Numbered from the whole stretch's first letter, positions 43,069 to 55,254 are shown. The stretch is DNA of 63,230 nt, filler included, from 10 parts of 10 records of this genome joined end to end with filler, not necessarily neighbours in it, one strand, 5' to 3'. Program-made: numbers and translations. The notes: generated by a model from the letters alone, not told the origin.

Positions 43069-44372
43069 TTATCCAATAAATTTATAACCTAATTCTTCAA
43101 TCCGTATTCTAACTGCTTCAATGCTGTAACCCGCTCCTCTAATTTTTACTGAATTACTTTTATTGTTGGCAACAACTTCAACAATTTCGGCAATTTTTTT
43201 CAGGTTACTTTTTACATTATTCTCGCAATGCGAGCAAGTCATTCCTTCAACTTTCAGGGTAATTCCATCGTTTGTTTGCATCTGTTTTCTCTTTCGAAAA
43301 ACGTTCAAAAAATAACCTCCTGTTATGGAAAAAATCAAGACAAGTGCAGAACTCAATTGCAACCATTCCGGTAACATTTCGTGTCCGCCTGCATGAACAT
43401 GCATAACTTTCGATAATAAAAATTCAGAAGGAATAAATAAGTTGGTTAAAAGTCCGAAAATAATTGCACCACCAATAATACTAAACAGGTACACAGTTAA
43501 CGATTTCTTTCCCATGGTTTTTCCTAATACCGTAAGTGTGGCGACATTGGTTGCTGGGCCGGCCATTAAAAAAACCAAGGCGGCTCCGGGCGATACACCT
43601 TTTAATAAAAGCACCGCCGCAATTGGAATAGAACCAGTGGCACAAATATAAATAGGAACAGAAGCCAATAACACTATTAAAATTTCCAATAAGCCAAGCC
43701 CCTGAAAACGACTAAAAAAGTCATCAGGAATTAATACAGAAATAAGAGCAGCAACCAAAAATCCAATAATTAACCACTTGGCAATATCCTGCAACAATTC
43801 AATAAAAGCATAATCGGCGACTCTGGTAAATGCATTTCGTTTATTATCGGTTTTATCACTTCCGCAAGCACACGAATCAGAAGTACAGGTTTCGGAATTA
43901 TTTACTGCTCCAGTATCTAATTTAAAATCGGCAAACGGAGATTTGGTTTTTGGCACTTCTTTTACAAACACATTGGTAAGCCAACCGCCCACTACTCCTG
44001 TAGTAAAGGCAATAATAGGCCTTAAAACGGCAAATGGCCAGCCCAACATCGAATAGGTAGCCAAAATGGAATCCACCCCAGTTTGTGGCGTTGAGATTAA
44101 AAATGAATTAGTGGCTCCTTTTGAAGCTCCATTCTTAAAAATGAAATACCGGTTGGAATTACCCCGCACGAACACAAAGGCATAGGAACGCCTAACAAAG
44201 AACCATTTACAGCTGATTTCAAATTTGCTCTTCCTAAATATTTATCGATATGTTTCTGAGGGAAATAGACTTTTAGAATTCCGGCAAACAACAATCCCAA
44301 CAAAAGCCACGGCGCCATTTCGAGTATAAGGAACCACAATTCGTTTAAATATTTTACAACAAACTCTATCAT
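43069..44372 (-). CDS. DUF318 / SO_0444-type metal permease with C-terminal HMA domain, frameshift ~44140
   Basis: PLCSCGVIP, STPQTGVDS, YICATGSIP, AGPATN, GMTCSHC. Confidence 0.88.
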
Positions 44373-44442
44373 GCTATAAGAAACATTTATATAATATTAA
44401 GAGTTCAAATTTTAAAATATTGTTTCAGAATTGGCTCTAATA

Positions 44443-45667
44443 TTATTCCTGAATATCGACATACAACTGAGCAGCCTCAACTTTCGAAACTAAAACCTTT
44501 TCGCCTTTATCGATAAAACCATTTTCGGCAACGGCATCGTAAATTTCTCCTTCAATATTAACTTTTCCTCCGGGGCGTAAAACGGTGTATGCAATTCCTG
44601 TTTTTCCTTTTAATTCAAACAAGCTGGTTTCAACGCTAACATAACCTTCATCAACATGCTGAACGGTATTAAGCGCAAAATTTTTGAATATGCCTTTTTC
44701 GGCTGTAAACATTCTTTTTCCCAAATACAGAGCAAGAATAAAACCGCCAAGAACTCCAAACACAACTGTCGTTACGGCAATCCCAACTCCTCTTATTTCA
44801 ACGCCTTCGAAATCGAAATTTACATTATTTATCAGGCTAAGTACCAAGCCTACAAAAACAAAAGTAATTCCTAATACTCCGGCAATACCAAAGCCGGGAA
44901 TCACAAAAATCTCAACAGCTATTAATATTAAGCCGACAATGAAAACAACAATTTCCCAGTTAGCAGCCAGTCCTTCCAGATAAAGGGGCATAAAATAAAG
45001 TACGGCTGCAAGAATTGCTATTCCAAGAGGGAAGCCAATTCCCGGCGATTGCATTTCGAAATAAATTCCCCCAATTATCGCCATTATCAGCAAACTAGAG
45101 AGTATGGGGTGCACTAAAAAGCCAATAATCTTTTCAATCCACGTAGGTTCGTATTCTACCATTTCGTAATCATCAACACCTACTTGCTGCAGAACTTCGT
45201 CAATATTCTCGGCAGTTCCTTCGCAAAAACCGTGTTCCATTGCTTCAAGCGGAGTAAATGTCAGCACTTTCCCTGTATCAGAAACGCCTTCAACAAAAAT
45301 ACGCTGGTCAACCATGGCTTCTGCAATTTGCGGATCGCGAAACCATTCAACAATTGTATCTCCTTCGGCAGTTATTGTAGTGTCTTTTCCGTGTGCTTCG
45401 GCGGTTGCCCGCATGGTAGAACGCATGTAACTCTGGTACTTATCGGGCATGGCGGCACCGGTCTGATTCACAACTGTCGCTGCTCCAATACTTCCTCCCG
45501 GACGCATATAAATACCATCGCAGGCTATGGAAATTAATGCTCCGGCCGATGCTGCATTATTATCGATAAATACATAAACCGGAATTTTACTTTGCAATAT
45601 TTTTGTACGAATGGAATCGGCATCAACCACCGTTCCACCATAAGTATTCATGTGAATAAGAAAAACA
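44443..45667 (-). CDS. nfeD: NfeD-family membrane-bound serine protease (5' partial)
   Basis: NTYGG, AASAGALI, IGAATVV, EIFVIPGFG, LRPGGKV. Confidence 0.9.
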
Positions 45668-45767
45668 NNNNNNNNNNNNNNNNNNNNNNNNNNNNNNNNN
45701 NNNNNNNNNNNTTAATTAATTAANNNNNNNNNNNNNNNNNNNNNNNNNNNNNNNNNNNNNNNNNNNN

Positions 45768-45883
45768 TTTTTCATTTCAACCTTAAATTCAGCAACCTGG
45801 GTCTTAAAAATATCAATCATTTCTAAAACCAAGTCTGTATTCCCGGCAGACATCTCACGAAGGTAGGTTAAATCTGTTTTCAT
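45768..45883 (-). CDS. Hpt-domain protein N-terminus (partial), absent from the ORF track
   Basis: MKTDLTYLREMSAGNTDLVLEMIDIFKTQV is typical of Bacteroidota Hpt proteins. Confidence 0.65.
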
Positions 45884-46076
45884 TCTTTATTAAGACCAAA
45901 TATAAATGCAATTATACATAAGAATTACAAAAGATAAAAATACGTTATTTTATCGATTAAGTAACAGATATTTTTTTCAAACTTTTAATTTATATAACCT
46001 TTTGCAGCAATATTTCGTTTTAAAATGTTGTAAATATTTGATAAGTTTAAAGATAACTTTCATATACCATAAAAAA

Positions 46077-47123
46077 ATGACAAGATTTTTAACATTCTTG
46101 ATATTTGTTTTTTGGATAGCATCAACTTTTGGGCAAGGATTTGATGCCGATAAATTAAAAAACAAAAAAGAAGCGAAAAGAAATTATAACGATGCCCTAC
46201 TTGCGTTAAAAAGCAATAACAGGGAACTTGCACTAAATCTATTAAATATTTCTGTAGATTTAGATCCGGAATTTGATTTGGCATATCTGCAACGCGGGAA
46301 AATTAAGTTTGAGAACAAGCAATTGCAAGGGGCGCTAAACGATTTTAACTCATCGCTAAGAGCTAATCCTGCTTTGGGTGAAGCCGACTTTTCGTTGGGG
46401 TTTTTGTTTTTTTCTGTTGACTCATTTGACCTGGCTCTGAATTATTTCAATAATGCGGTACAAAAAGGTTTTGATAAATACTATGCATATTACTACAGAG
46501 GGTTAACAAGGTTGTTAAATGAAAGTTATTCGCAAGCAATATTGGACTTTAATGAAGCTATTTTACGGAAAGCCGATTACACAATAGCCTATAACGACCG
46601 GGCAACTGCAAAACGCTATATGAACGATTTTACGGGTGCTATTTATGATTATTCGAATGCTGTAAATTACGATCCCGGATTTGTTACAGCATTTTACAAT
46701 ATGGCCAATGTTAAAGTTTTAACCGGAGATTTCCAGGGTGCTGTTAATGATTATTCAACAGCTATAAAAATGCAGCCCGATTTCTATGATGCTCTAAATA
46801 GCAGGGGGAGTATTAAATATCAATTAGGAGACCTGACTGGTAGTGAAGAAGATTTCCAACAATGTTTAACAATCAAAAGCGATTATTACCCGGCCATCAA
46901 CAATTTGGGTAGCTTAAAATCAAAGCAAGGTAATTACCAGGAGGCGTTGGAGTATTTCAACAAAATAATAGTCGATAACCAAGGTGATGGAGAATCTTTT
47001 TTAAATAGAGGATTGACATACGAATTACTGGGTGAACTCGAAAATGCATGTAAAGATTGGTCTATGGCAAAGGAATTAGGAATTGAATCGGCCGATGAGT
47101 ATTTAAAAGAATGTAATTTTTAA
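46077..47123 (+). CDS. Secreted TPR protein
   Basis: Signal peptide MTRFLTFL, repeated AYxxRG TPRs, ACKDW..A.ELG end. Confidence 0.88.
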   Translation: MTRFLTFLIFVFWIASTFGQGFDADKLKNKKEAKRNYNDALLALKSNNRELALNLLNISVDLDPEFDLAYLQRGKIKFENKQLQGALNDFNSSLRANPALGEADFSLGFLFFSVDSFDLALNYFNNAVQKGFDKYYAYYYRGLTRLLNESYSQAILDFNEAILRKADYTIAYNDRATAKRYMNDFTGAIYDYSNAVNYDPGFVTAFYNMANVKVLTGDFQGAVNDYSTAIKMQPDFYDALNSRGSIKYQLGDLTGSEEDFQQCLTIKSDYYPAINNLGSLKSKQGNYQEALEYFNKIIVDNQGDGESFLNRGLTYELLGELENACKDWSMAKELGIESADEYLKECNF

Positions 47124-47141
47124 TTTGCAAATTTTATTAAA

Positions 47142-49217
47142 ATGCTACAAAAAGTGAAATTCACGTTATTGGTTATTTTCCTGATGTTTTTCTTACAACT
47201 TACCGGTGTTTATGCACAATCAAAAGTTCGTATAAAAAAATCAGAATTTGCAATTGAGAATAAAGAAGTTAAAGCAGCATGGAAAGAAGTTAAAGCTGGG
47301 AATAAATTCTATTCTTATGGCAAAGGCTATTACATTGATGCCAGAAAACATTACCTTGAAGCGGCGAAATACAATTCCAAAAATGCAGAGCTCAATTATA
47401 AGTTGGGTGTTTGTTTTTTAAATACGGATAATAAGTTTGAAGCCATCAAGTATTTAAAAACTGCATATGGCCTAAAAAATTACGTTGCTGATGATATTCA
47501 TTTGCAGTTGGCCCGTGCGTACCACCTTGTGCTTGATTTTGAAAATGCCATTAAAGAATATCAACTCTACAAAAAAGGCAATATTGAACCCATGGAAATT
47601 GCCAGGATAAACAAATACCTGGCTGAGTGCGAGAATGGTAAAAAACTCACAAAAGAACCTCTTAGGGTTATTATCAATAATCCGGGCGAGGAAATTAACT
47701 CAGAATTTGATGATTATAACTCTGTTTTTTCAAGAAATGAAAAGAATGTATACTTCACATCACGGAGGCCATTGAGTACAAAAAGCGAACGAAGCGAAGT
47801 GGATAGCAAGTTTTTCGAAGATATATTCACTAGTAAAATTGTTGATGGTAAAATCCAAAAGGCAAATCGGATTGAAGCCAAAAAATTAAACGGTAAGAAA
47901 AACAAGGAAAATCTGGCAGTTGTAGGAATATCACCAGATGGGGGTACCATTTATATTTATAAAGGTAAAGAAGGTAATGGAGATATTTTTTATTCTGAAT
48001 TTGTAAAAGGAAAATGGAAATCTCTAAAACCGTTTAAAAAAATTAATACCAATGATAAAGAAACATCATTATGTTTTTCCAGCGATGGGAATACCTTATA
48101 TTTCACATCATCAAATAAAAAAGAATCAAAAGGCGGACTTGATATTTTTGTGACAACAAAGAACAGCAAAGGAAAATGGAACAAGCCTGAAAATCTCAGT
48201 CCAATTATTAATACGATTTATGATGAACAAGGAGTGTTTATTACAAGCGATGGTAACACATTGTATTTTAGCTCCGAGGGACATAACTCGATGGGTGGTT
48301 TGGATATTTTCAAGACCTCAAAAGATGAAACCGGGGTGTGGACAGCACCTCAAAATGTTGGATACCCGATAAACTCAGTAGATGACGATGTTTTTTATGT
48401 AGCATCAGAAAGTGGGAAGTACGGATATTATTCAGGAATTAGAGATAATGGTCTGGGTGCAAGAGATATATTTAAAGTAATATACCTGGGTGAAGAAAAA
48501 GAACATATGCTACTTACTGAAGATGTAATTATTGCCGGTATCGATCGTGAGATGCCCAATATTTTCTTTGAAGATCCTGAGCCAATTGTTATTGACGAAT
48601 TTTTTATGTTGCAAGGAACAATAACTGATGCCGGATCGAATGGGCCTATTGTTGCCAAGCTGGAAATAATTGATTTAGATAAAAGTGAAGTTGTTAAAAC
48701 AGCACTATCTGGAAAGGATGGGAAATATAATGTTAAACTTCCAAGCAAGAATAATTACGGGATTGAAATTTCTTCAAGCGGATATATGCTATACCTTGAT
48801 GCAATAGATTTATTGCAGGAGCCTTCAGATGAGATGGCCATTCGGAATTTCCAATTAGAGAAGGTTGAAGTGGGACAAAAAGTTGTTCTTGAGAATATTT
48901 TCTTCGAATTTGGAAAATCTACCCTAAAATCGGAATCGTATACACAGCTTGGGCAGGTTAAAAAGTTATTGGAGAATAGCCCATCGTTGCGTATCGAAAT
49001 TTCAGGCCATACAGATAATGTAGGTTCACTCAAATCAAATACAAAAATAAGTACAGAACGGGCAAAAGCCGTTGCTGATTGGCTTATTGAACAAGGAGTT
49101 GATAAGTCGAGGATTGAGTATAAAGGATATGCATTTAGCCAACCTATTGCTCCGAATGATACTGAAAAAGGAAGGCAACAAAACAGAAGGGTAGAGTTTA
49201 AAATATTGAGCAAGTAG
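47142..49217 (+). CDS. OmpA-family protein with TPR and PD40 repeats (PorE-like architecture)
   Basis: YFTSRR and YFSSEGH PD40 repeats, ISGHTDNVG, RAKAV, NRRVEF. Confidence 0.88.
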   Translation: MLQKVKFTLLVIFLMFFLQLTGVYAQSKVRIKKSEFAIENKEVKAAWKEVKAGNKFYSYGKGYYIDARKHYLEAAKYNSKNAELNYKLGVCFLNTDNKFEAIKYLKTAYGLKNYVADDIHLQLARAYHLVLDFENAIKEYQLYKKGNIEPMEIARINKYLAECENGKKLTKEPLRVIINNPGEEINSEFDDYNSVFSRNEKNVYFTSRRPLSTKSERSEVDSKFFEDIFTSKIVDGKIQKANRIEAKKLNGKKNKENLAVVGISPDGGTIYIYKGKEGNGDIFYSEFVKGKWKSLKPFKKINTNDKETSLCFSSDGNTLYFTSSNKKESKGGLDIFVTTKNSKGKWNKPENLSPIINTIYDEQGVFITSDGNTLYFSSEGHNSMGGLDIFKTSKDETGVWTAPQNVGYPINSVDDDVFYVASESGKYGYYSGIRDNGLGARDIFKVIYLGEEKEHMLLTEDVIIAGIDREMPNIFFEDPEPIVIDEFFMLQGTITDAGSNGPIVAKLEIIDLDKSEVVKTALSGKDGKYNVKLPSKNNYGIEISSSGYMLYLDAIDLLQEPSDEMAIRNFQLEKVEVGQKVVLENIFFEFGKSTLKSESYTQLGQVKKLLENSPSLRIEISGHTDNVGSLKSNTKISTERAKAVADWLIEQGVDKSRIEYKGYAFSQPIAPNDTEKGRQQNRRVEFKILSK

Positions 49218-49310
49218 AATTGCTCAATGTTTTAATCTTTAGCAAGCCTTATAAAAATCAGAAACTATAATGAATAAATAGCATAATTTAGCTTTTCAAA
49301 TGCTAATATT

Positions 49311-50396
49311 ATGGATAAACAAACAGTCTTTTTTGAAAAACATACTGCATTAAACGCAAAGATTATCCCATTTGCCGGTTTTAATATGCCAGTTGAGTAT
49401 AGTGGAGTAACGAATGAACATTTAACTGTTCGAAATGGAGTAGGCGTATTTGATGTATCGCACATGGGCGAAATAATTGTTGAAGGTGAAAAATCTTTAG
49501 ATTTTTTGCAGTTTGTAACCACGAACGATGTTTCGAAGCTATCACCAGGAATGGCTCAATATACATGCTTCCCCAATGGAAAAGGTGGTATTGTTGACGA
49601 TTTATTAATTTATCATCTTGCTGAAAATAAATATTTATTAGTTGTTAATGCTGCTAATATTGAGAAAGATTACAATTGGGTTGTTTTACAAAACTCTTTT
49701 GACGTAACGATAACAAATAAATCTGATACGTATGCCCAGTTAGCTGTTCAGGGACCAAAAGCATTAGATACGCTGCAAAAGTTAACACCAGTAAATCTAT
49801 CTGATATTAAGTTCTATACTTTCACCGTTGATAAGTTTGCAGGTGTGAAAGATGTAATTATTTCGGCTACAGGTTATACAGGTGCAGGTGGTTTCGAGCT
49901 GTATTTTGAAAACAAAAATGCCAGTGAAATTTGGGAAAAAATATTCGAAGCCGGTGAAGAGTTTGGCATAAAACCGATAGGACTGGCAGCCAGAGATACG
50001 TTACGGCTAGAGATGGGGTATTGCCTGTACGGAAACGATATTGATGACACTACGTCTCCACTTGAAGCTGGATTGGGCTGGATTGTAAAACTAAAAGATA
50101 AAGAACAATTTATTGATAGCGACTTCTATAAAAAACAAAAAGAAGAAGGTATTACAAAGAAGCTTGTTGGATTAAAAATGCAGGAAAAAGGTATTCCCCG
50201 GCATGGTTACGAAATAGTTGATGGAGATAGCAACGTAATTGGCGAAGTAACGTCAGGAACCATGTCGCCTGTTTTAAAACAAGGGATTGCAATAGGGTAT
50301 GTAAAAAAGGATTTTGCTTCAATAGGGAATATTGTTTATATTAAAATACGCAATAAAGTTTTAAAGGCATCGGTGGAGAAATTCCCATTTATTTAA
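49311..50396 (+). CDS. gcvT: Glycine cleavage system aminomethyltransferase T
   Basis: [29 protein letters not shown]. Confidence 0.96.
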   Translation: MDKQTVFFEKHTALNAKIIPFAGFNMPVEYSGVTNEHLTVRNGVGVFDVSHMGEIIVEGEKSLDFLQFVTTNDVSKLSPGMAQYTCFPNGKGGIVDDLLIYHLAENKYLLVVNAANIEKDYNWVVLQNSFDVTITNKSDTYAQLAVQGPKALDTLQKLTPVNLSDIKFYTFTVDKFAGVKDVIISATGYTGAGGFELYFENKNASEIWEKIFEAGEEFGIKPIGLAARDTLRLEMGYCLYGNDIDDTTSPLEAGLGWIVKLKDKEQFIDSDFYKKQKEEGITKKLVGLKMQEKGIPRHGYEIVDGDSNVIGEVTSGTMSPVLKQGIAIGYVKKDFASIGNIVYIKIRNKVLKASVEKFPFI

Positions 50397-50479
50397 CGGT
50401 AAGTTCACTAGAAAGGTAAAAATATTGTTGTTCAATTACTAATAAAGCGTTATCTTCATAGGTATCAATACATATACAG

Positions 50480-50982
50480 GTGATAAATATTGAAAATATA
50501 AGTCTAAATTCAATTTTTAAGGATATTAAACAAATCCTCATAATTTATGAGTTAAATAGTGAAAATATTCCAGGAAATATTGTGTCGATAAATCCATTTG
50601 GGTTGGAAAAATTAAGCTACACAAAAGAAGATATTGATGGAGCAAAATTGAAGGATTTATTTTCTGATAATATCTACGATAGTATTTTCGAAGATTTGAA
50701 GAACGATCCGGAGTTTAATGATAAAGAGTTTACCGTTTTAAATAAAGAGGGACTTTTTTTGGATGTGAAATTCAACAATAGCCTTTATAGTGTGGATGGC
50801 AATTCACTTGGTATTCTTATTGGTGAGGATATAACAGACAAGAAAAAATTGCAGGATGAGGTAAGGTTTCTTGATGATGAGGTTGTAAATCAAAAAGAAA
50901 ATTACGAGGCACTGATTGATAATTTAACACAAACACAGGAACAGCTTCTTCAAACCGAAAAAATGGCAGCTCTTGGCCAGTT
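50480..50982 (+). CDS. PAS-domain sensor kinase N-terminus (partial)
   Basis: PAS-like region with EDITDKK, then TQEQLLQTEKMAALGQ. Confidence 0.75.
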
Positions 50983-51082
50983 NNNNNNNNNNNNNNNNNN
51001 NNNNNNNNNNNNNNNNNNNNNNNNNNTTAATTAATTAANNNNNNNNNNNNNNNNNNNNNNNNNNNNNNNNNNNNNNNNNNNN

Positions 51083-51096
51083 TTTTCAAGGTTGCC
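51083..51096 (+). mobile_element. MITE-like repeat, right terminal inverted repeat only (contig edge)
   Basis: TTTTCAAGGTTGCC matches the right ends of the other copies. Confidence 0.6.
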
Positions 51097-51120
51097 TGAA
51101 GTTTAGTGGGAATTAAGAGA

Positions 51121-51687
51121 TTATTTGATATTTGAAATCAAAAGTTTTTCATCAAATTTCAATCGGTTTATATCTGCATCAGCGATATCTACCGCATACA
51201 GGATGACCGCTTCGGCTGTTTTTGGGACCACACGGCTTTTTCCGGTGTGTGAAACAATGATGTGGATCACCTCGTCTGGAAGCCCTTCAAGTAATGCTTT
51301 ATTAGCGCCTAGAAGAGCGTGCTGAAAGAGAAGCCCCTTTTTACTTTCTTTTCCATTTGCCCCATCGGGTTCTAATTCCAATAATTTGCTTGCATCATGA
51401 AGAAGAGCTCCTGCAAGGAGTACGTCAAGATTTAGAGACTCATTGTAGATCTCTTTTCTAATTCTAGCATATTCAAGTGCGGCAGTTGTGACTGCAGTTG
51501 TATGTTCTACCAGCGTTATTCCAGGGCATATGGGATTCCATGGTGCTTCTTCAAGTTTATCCCAGTCGCTTTCCTGCCACAATTGATACCAGACGTTTGC
51601 GACCTTAACGGCCATATTTTTATCTTTGAATTTCTTCATCAATGGAAAATAAGTTTCCATCAATTTAGTGATATCTATAGTGCCCAT
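51121..51687 (-). CDS. HD-domain protein
   Basis: LVEHT..V, GALLHDASK, FQHALLG, VIHIIVSH, AD. Confidence 0.85.
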   Translation of the reverse strand: MGTIDITKLMETYFPLMKKFKDKNMAVKVANVWYQLWQESDWDKLEEAPWNPICPGITLVEHTTAVTTAALEYARIRKEIYNESLNLDVLLAGALLHDASKLLELEPDGANGKESKKGLLFQHALLGANKALLEGLPDEVIHIIVSHTGKSRVVPKTAEAVILYAVDIADADINRLKFDEKLLISNIK

Positions 51688-51743
51688 GCGTCCTCCTTAA
51701 GATAAGAACGAGTTTGTATTTCCATTATTCTAACGACGTATAT

Positions 51744-53684
51744 TCATTTTGTTTTCGAGTCAGGAGCCGGAAAGGTGACTGGTGCATTTTGGGGGTGAAC
51801 CTTCCTGGCAATCATATGAATTGAGAAGCCAATCGCCAGAGCTAAAAAACCGAACAAATCAGATAGGAGCCCCGATTTAATCAATAGCAAGGCTCCACCG
51901 AAAAATGAGATTCTTGGAAAAACCGATAATTTTTGTGTAAGTAACATGCCTTGAACTGAAGTTCCGATAGCAAGAATTCCTAAAAGGGCGGTGAACGTAG
52001 TAGTGAAAATGACTAAGAAGCCTCCCTGCATCATAAGACCAGGACCATAAACGAAAGCATAGGGAATCATAAAGCCAACCATGGCAAGTTTAAAGCCAAC
52101 CCAACCAACTTTAGTGGGACTGGCTTGAGCGATTGCAGCGCCGGCATATGAGGCAACCGCTACTGGCGGAGTAACTGGTCCGATACAGGCAAAAAAGAAA
52201 CAAAACATGTGGGCCGTCAAAGGAGCCAAACCAATTTTAATTAATCCCGGGGCAACAACACTGGCAACTACAGCATAGGCGGGGGTAGTCGGTAGTCCCA
52301 TACCCAGAAGCAGACAAACAAACATCGAGATGAATAGAGCCACGAATAGATTTCCCCCGGCCAGCGCAATTAATACCGTGGCAAATTTCAATCCGACTCC
52401 AGTTAATCCTAATACACCAACGATGATACCAGCAGCAGCGCAGACGGCTGCAACCGTTACGATGTCCGTCGCTCCTTTGGCAAGGCCCGATAAAATCTTA
52501 CGGGGGCCCAGGCGTGCTTCCGGTATAAACCAACTTACAAAGATGCAGGTAATTAATGATAACGTTGCCGCCTTAACTGGTGAATAACGCGCGATAACCA
52601 TCGCCCAGATCAGCACCAGAATGGGTATGAAAAATAGCCATCCCTTTTTTAAAGTTTTCCAAAAATCGGGTAATTCAGAGGCAGGTAGACCTTTTAGGTC
52701 TAGTTTGATCGCTTCTATATCGACCATCCAGAATACAGCCGTATAATACAAGAGTGCGGGGATGATGGCAGCAATAACAATGTCAATATAGGGTTGTGAT
52801 ATAAACTCAGCCATGAGAAATGCGCCAGCCCCCATGATCGGCGGCATGAGTTGTCCACCGGTTGAAGCGACGGCTTCGACGGCACCAGCAAAACTGGGTT
52901 TATAGCCAACCCGTATCATGAGGGGAATGGTCATTGATCCTGTTGTCACCGTATTGGCGACCGCACTTCCTGATATAGTTCCCATGAGGCTGCTGGCAAA
53001 AATGGCGACCTTACCAGGTCCTCCTCGAAAACGTCCGGCCATGCTGTACGAGAATTTTACCAGGAATTCCCCCGTCCCGGATATCTGCAGGAAAGCACCG
53101 AAAAGAATAAACATAAAAATGAAAGTCGAGGAAACCCCAATCGTGATTCCGTATATGCCTTCAGTGCTCAGCAGATAACCGGCAGTACGGGGCCATTCAT
53201 AACCTCTGTGCCATAGAAAACCGGGAAAAAAGCGACCCGCCCAGGAATAGAATAAAAAGGTAAGAGCCAGGATGAAAAGCGGTAATCCTACGGTTCTTCG
53301 CGTAAGCTCGAGGACCAGAATGATCAGAACACTTGAAACAATTACATCCATTGTTGATGGAATCATTCCCAGACGCCATAACAGATCTTCAAAATTGTAG
53401 ATGATATAAATCGCTATAGCAGCGCTGGTCAGTGCCAGCACGATGTCGAGAATGCCGAATTGATCTTTGCGGGAGCTAGAAGTGGGTGCGTATAGCAAAA
53501 AGCCTAGCGCGCAGGCGAAGGAAGTGTGCACCGCTCTTAATATCCATGGGTCTGCCGGGGCAATCTGTAAAGTGTAGATTTCGTAAAGTGAAAAGGTGAT
53601 ACCAATAATCGTAATGATTGTTAAATACACCCCTTTAAGCTGGCGTTTTTGGTCTTTTAAGACGTTGGATGTTTTGACAGACAT
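51744..53684 (-). CDS. TRAP transporter 4TM/12TM fused permease
   Basis: GGPGKVA, SGSAVAN, ASTGGQLMPPIMGAGAF, GMGLPT, TPPVA. Confidence 0.93.
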   Translation of the reverse strand: MSVKTSNVLKDQKRQLKGVYLTIITIIGITFSLYEIYTLQIAPADPWILRAVHTSFACALGFLLYAPTSSSRKDQFGILDIVLALTSAAIAIYIIYNFEDLLWRLGMIPSTMDVIVSSVLIILVLELTRRTVGLPLFILALTFLFYSWAGRFFPGFLWHRGYEWPRTAGYLLSTEGIYGITIGVSSTFIFMFILFGAFLQISGTGEFLVKFSYSMAGRFRGGPGKVAIFASSLMGTISGSAVANTVTTGSMTIPLMIRVGYKPSFAGAVEAVASTGGQLMPPIMGAGAFLMAEFISQPYIDIVIAAIIPALLYYTAVFWMVDIEAIKLDLKGLPASELPDFWKTLKKGWLFFIPILVLIWAMVIARYSPVKAATLSLITCIFVSWFIPEARLGPRKILSGLAKGATDIVTVAAVCAAAGIIVGVLGLTGVGLKFATVLIALAGGNLFVALFISMFVCLLLGMGLPTTPAYAVVASVVAPGLIKIGLAPLTAHMFCFFFACIGPVTPPVAVASYAGAAIAQASPTKVGWVGFKLAMVGFMIPYAFVYGPGLMMQGGFLVIFTTTFTALLGILAIGTSVQGMLLTQKLSVFPRISFFGGALLLIKSGLLSDLFGFLALAIGFSIHMIARKVHPQNAPVTFPAPDSKTK

Positions 53685-53736
53685 TCAGAGCTTCCGTTTA
53701 TTGAAAGTGGGCCTTACATACAATCGTTTTTCTATA

Positions 53737-53915
53737 GACAACCTTGAAAACTAGCCTTTTCGACCTAACTCAGGAAGCGATTAAACCGAACTAAGTTGCG
53801 GTATAATCAGGGTTGCGCATGAAAATGTTATCCTCAACATATCAACTATATGCTTGCGGCAAAATTTCCATGCGCGCCTTGATTTTGAATGAAAATTTAT
53901 ATTTTCAAGGTAGCC
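53737..53915 (+). mobile_element. MITE-like repeat, full-length copy (179 bp) flanked by TATA on both sides
   Basis: Ends GACAACCTTGAAAA / TTTTCAAGGTAGCC; aligns along its length with 56859-57027. Confidence 0.8.
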
Positions 53916-53977
53916 TATAGCATGAATTTGAATTGACTCTATGAGTCTGTTTTTACCAGAATTTTTATAGCATTACC

Positions 53978-54997
53978 TTATTTACTCTCAGGAGGTATAA
54001 GCTTGTCAGGGATGCTGATCCCAATCTCCTTGTAGTATCTCAAAGCGCCAGCATGCAATGGAATGATGCTGTTCGTGATGGCCTCTAGGTTTTTAATATT
54101 TTTGGCTGCCTTATGAACATTAACAAGGTCTTCGATGTTACCAATAGTCTGTTTACATATCTCGTATACCATGTCGGCTGGCAGATCTTTACTTGCAAGC
54201 ATATATCCCCACACGTTGATCGTTGGGATGTCTTTTGTCTGGCCTTTGTAGGTGTTGGCCGGAATAGTGGTTCTGCCCAATAGGGGAAGTTTTTCGATCA
54301 CCTTTGGAATATCTTTTTCAGGAATACTGCTTATCACCACATCATGCGTTGATGATAACTCGACACAGCTTGGTGAGGGGATCCCCATCAGTGGCTGAAC
54401 GGCATCAATCAACCCGTCACGAACCCCCGCATTTGCGTCAGACCAACCAAGATTGATTTTCTTAGCTGGATTGATTCCCAGAATCTCCCAAAGAATCGGT
54501 CCTAAAATTCCCGGTGTGGTGCCGGAGCCCCCGACACATACCTTTTTTCCCTCCAGATCGTATATTGAATTGATGCCCCGATCAGCCGGAGCGTATATAT
54601 GGAACGTTCCTGGATAAAGTGGAAGAATTGATCGGGCACTCCGGTATTTCTCTCCCTTGGTCCAGGCCTTTCCTTCCCAGCCTTGATACAAAACCAGATT
54701 TGTCGCAGCACCCAGATCTATCTGGCCTTTGTCAATCAAGATAACGTTTGCCGCTGGTCCTCCCGTACTTTCAACAGCAGTTGCAATATTAACATGTTTG
54801 GCAATCAAATCGCCCCATCCGCCAAGAAGAACAAAATATGTTGAACCCATTGGAGCGGATCCAATGGTAAGGCCTTTGGGCCAGTCTTTTCGGTTCGCAG
54901 TGGCAATGTCCGGGTTAACAGCACCATACAGGAAGGTCACTGAAAGTAGTGCAACGCAAAATAACATTGATTTCTTCATAATGATCTCTCCTTTCAT
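53978..54997 (-). CDS. TAXI-family TRAP solute receptor (start probably MKKS at 54979)
   Basis: GSAPMGSTY, ESTGGPAAN, PLHAGALRYYKE. Confidence 0.92.
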   Translation of the reverse strand: MKGEIIMKKSMLFCVALLSVTFLYGAVNPDIATANRKDWPKGLTIGSAPMGSTYFVLLGGWGDLIAKHVNIATAVESTGGPAANVILIDKGQIDLGAATNLVLYQGWEGKAWTKGEKYRSARSILPLYPGTFHIYAPADRGINSIYDLEGKKVCVGGSGTTPGILGPILWEILGINPAKKINLGWSDANAGVRDGLIDAVQPLMGIPSPSCVELSSTHDVVISSIPEKDIPKVIEKLPLLGRTTIPANTYKGQTKDIPTINVWGYMLASKDLPADMVYEICKQTIGNIEDLVNVHKAAKNIKNLEAITNSIIPLHAGALRYYKEIGISIPDKLIPPESK

Positions 54998-55254
54998 GAA
55001 TTTGTATCAGCAGTCACCTAATGTCCAGAAATTGTCTTCTGGAAAGACTAGCCAGTATATAACATCTGTCATCAGGACCAGTTTCAATCTTGATGCCGAA
55101 GCAAAAGAGCACACGTAACCAGACTTAAATTCCGAGTAATTAAGTCGATGTAAACATAAAAGCAAAATATGTTCCGAAAAATCAATTTTTAAAAGCATTG
55201 CAAAACAGCTAGTTATGGTGGCCTTGTGTCGGAATGACAAAACGATGGCTAAAT

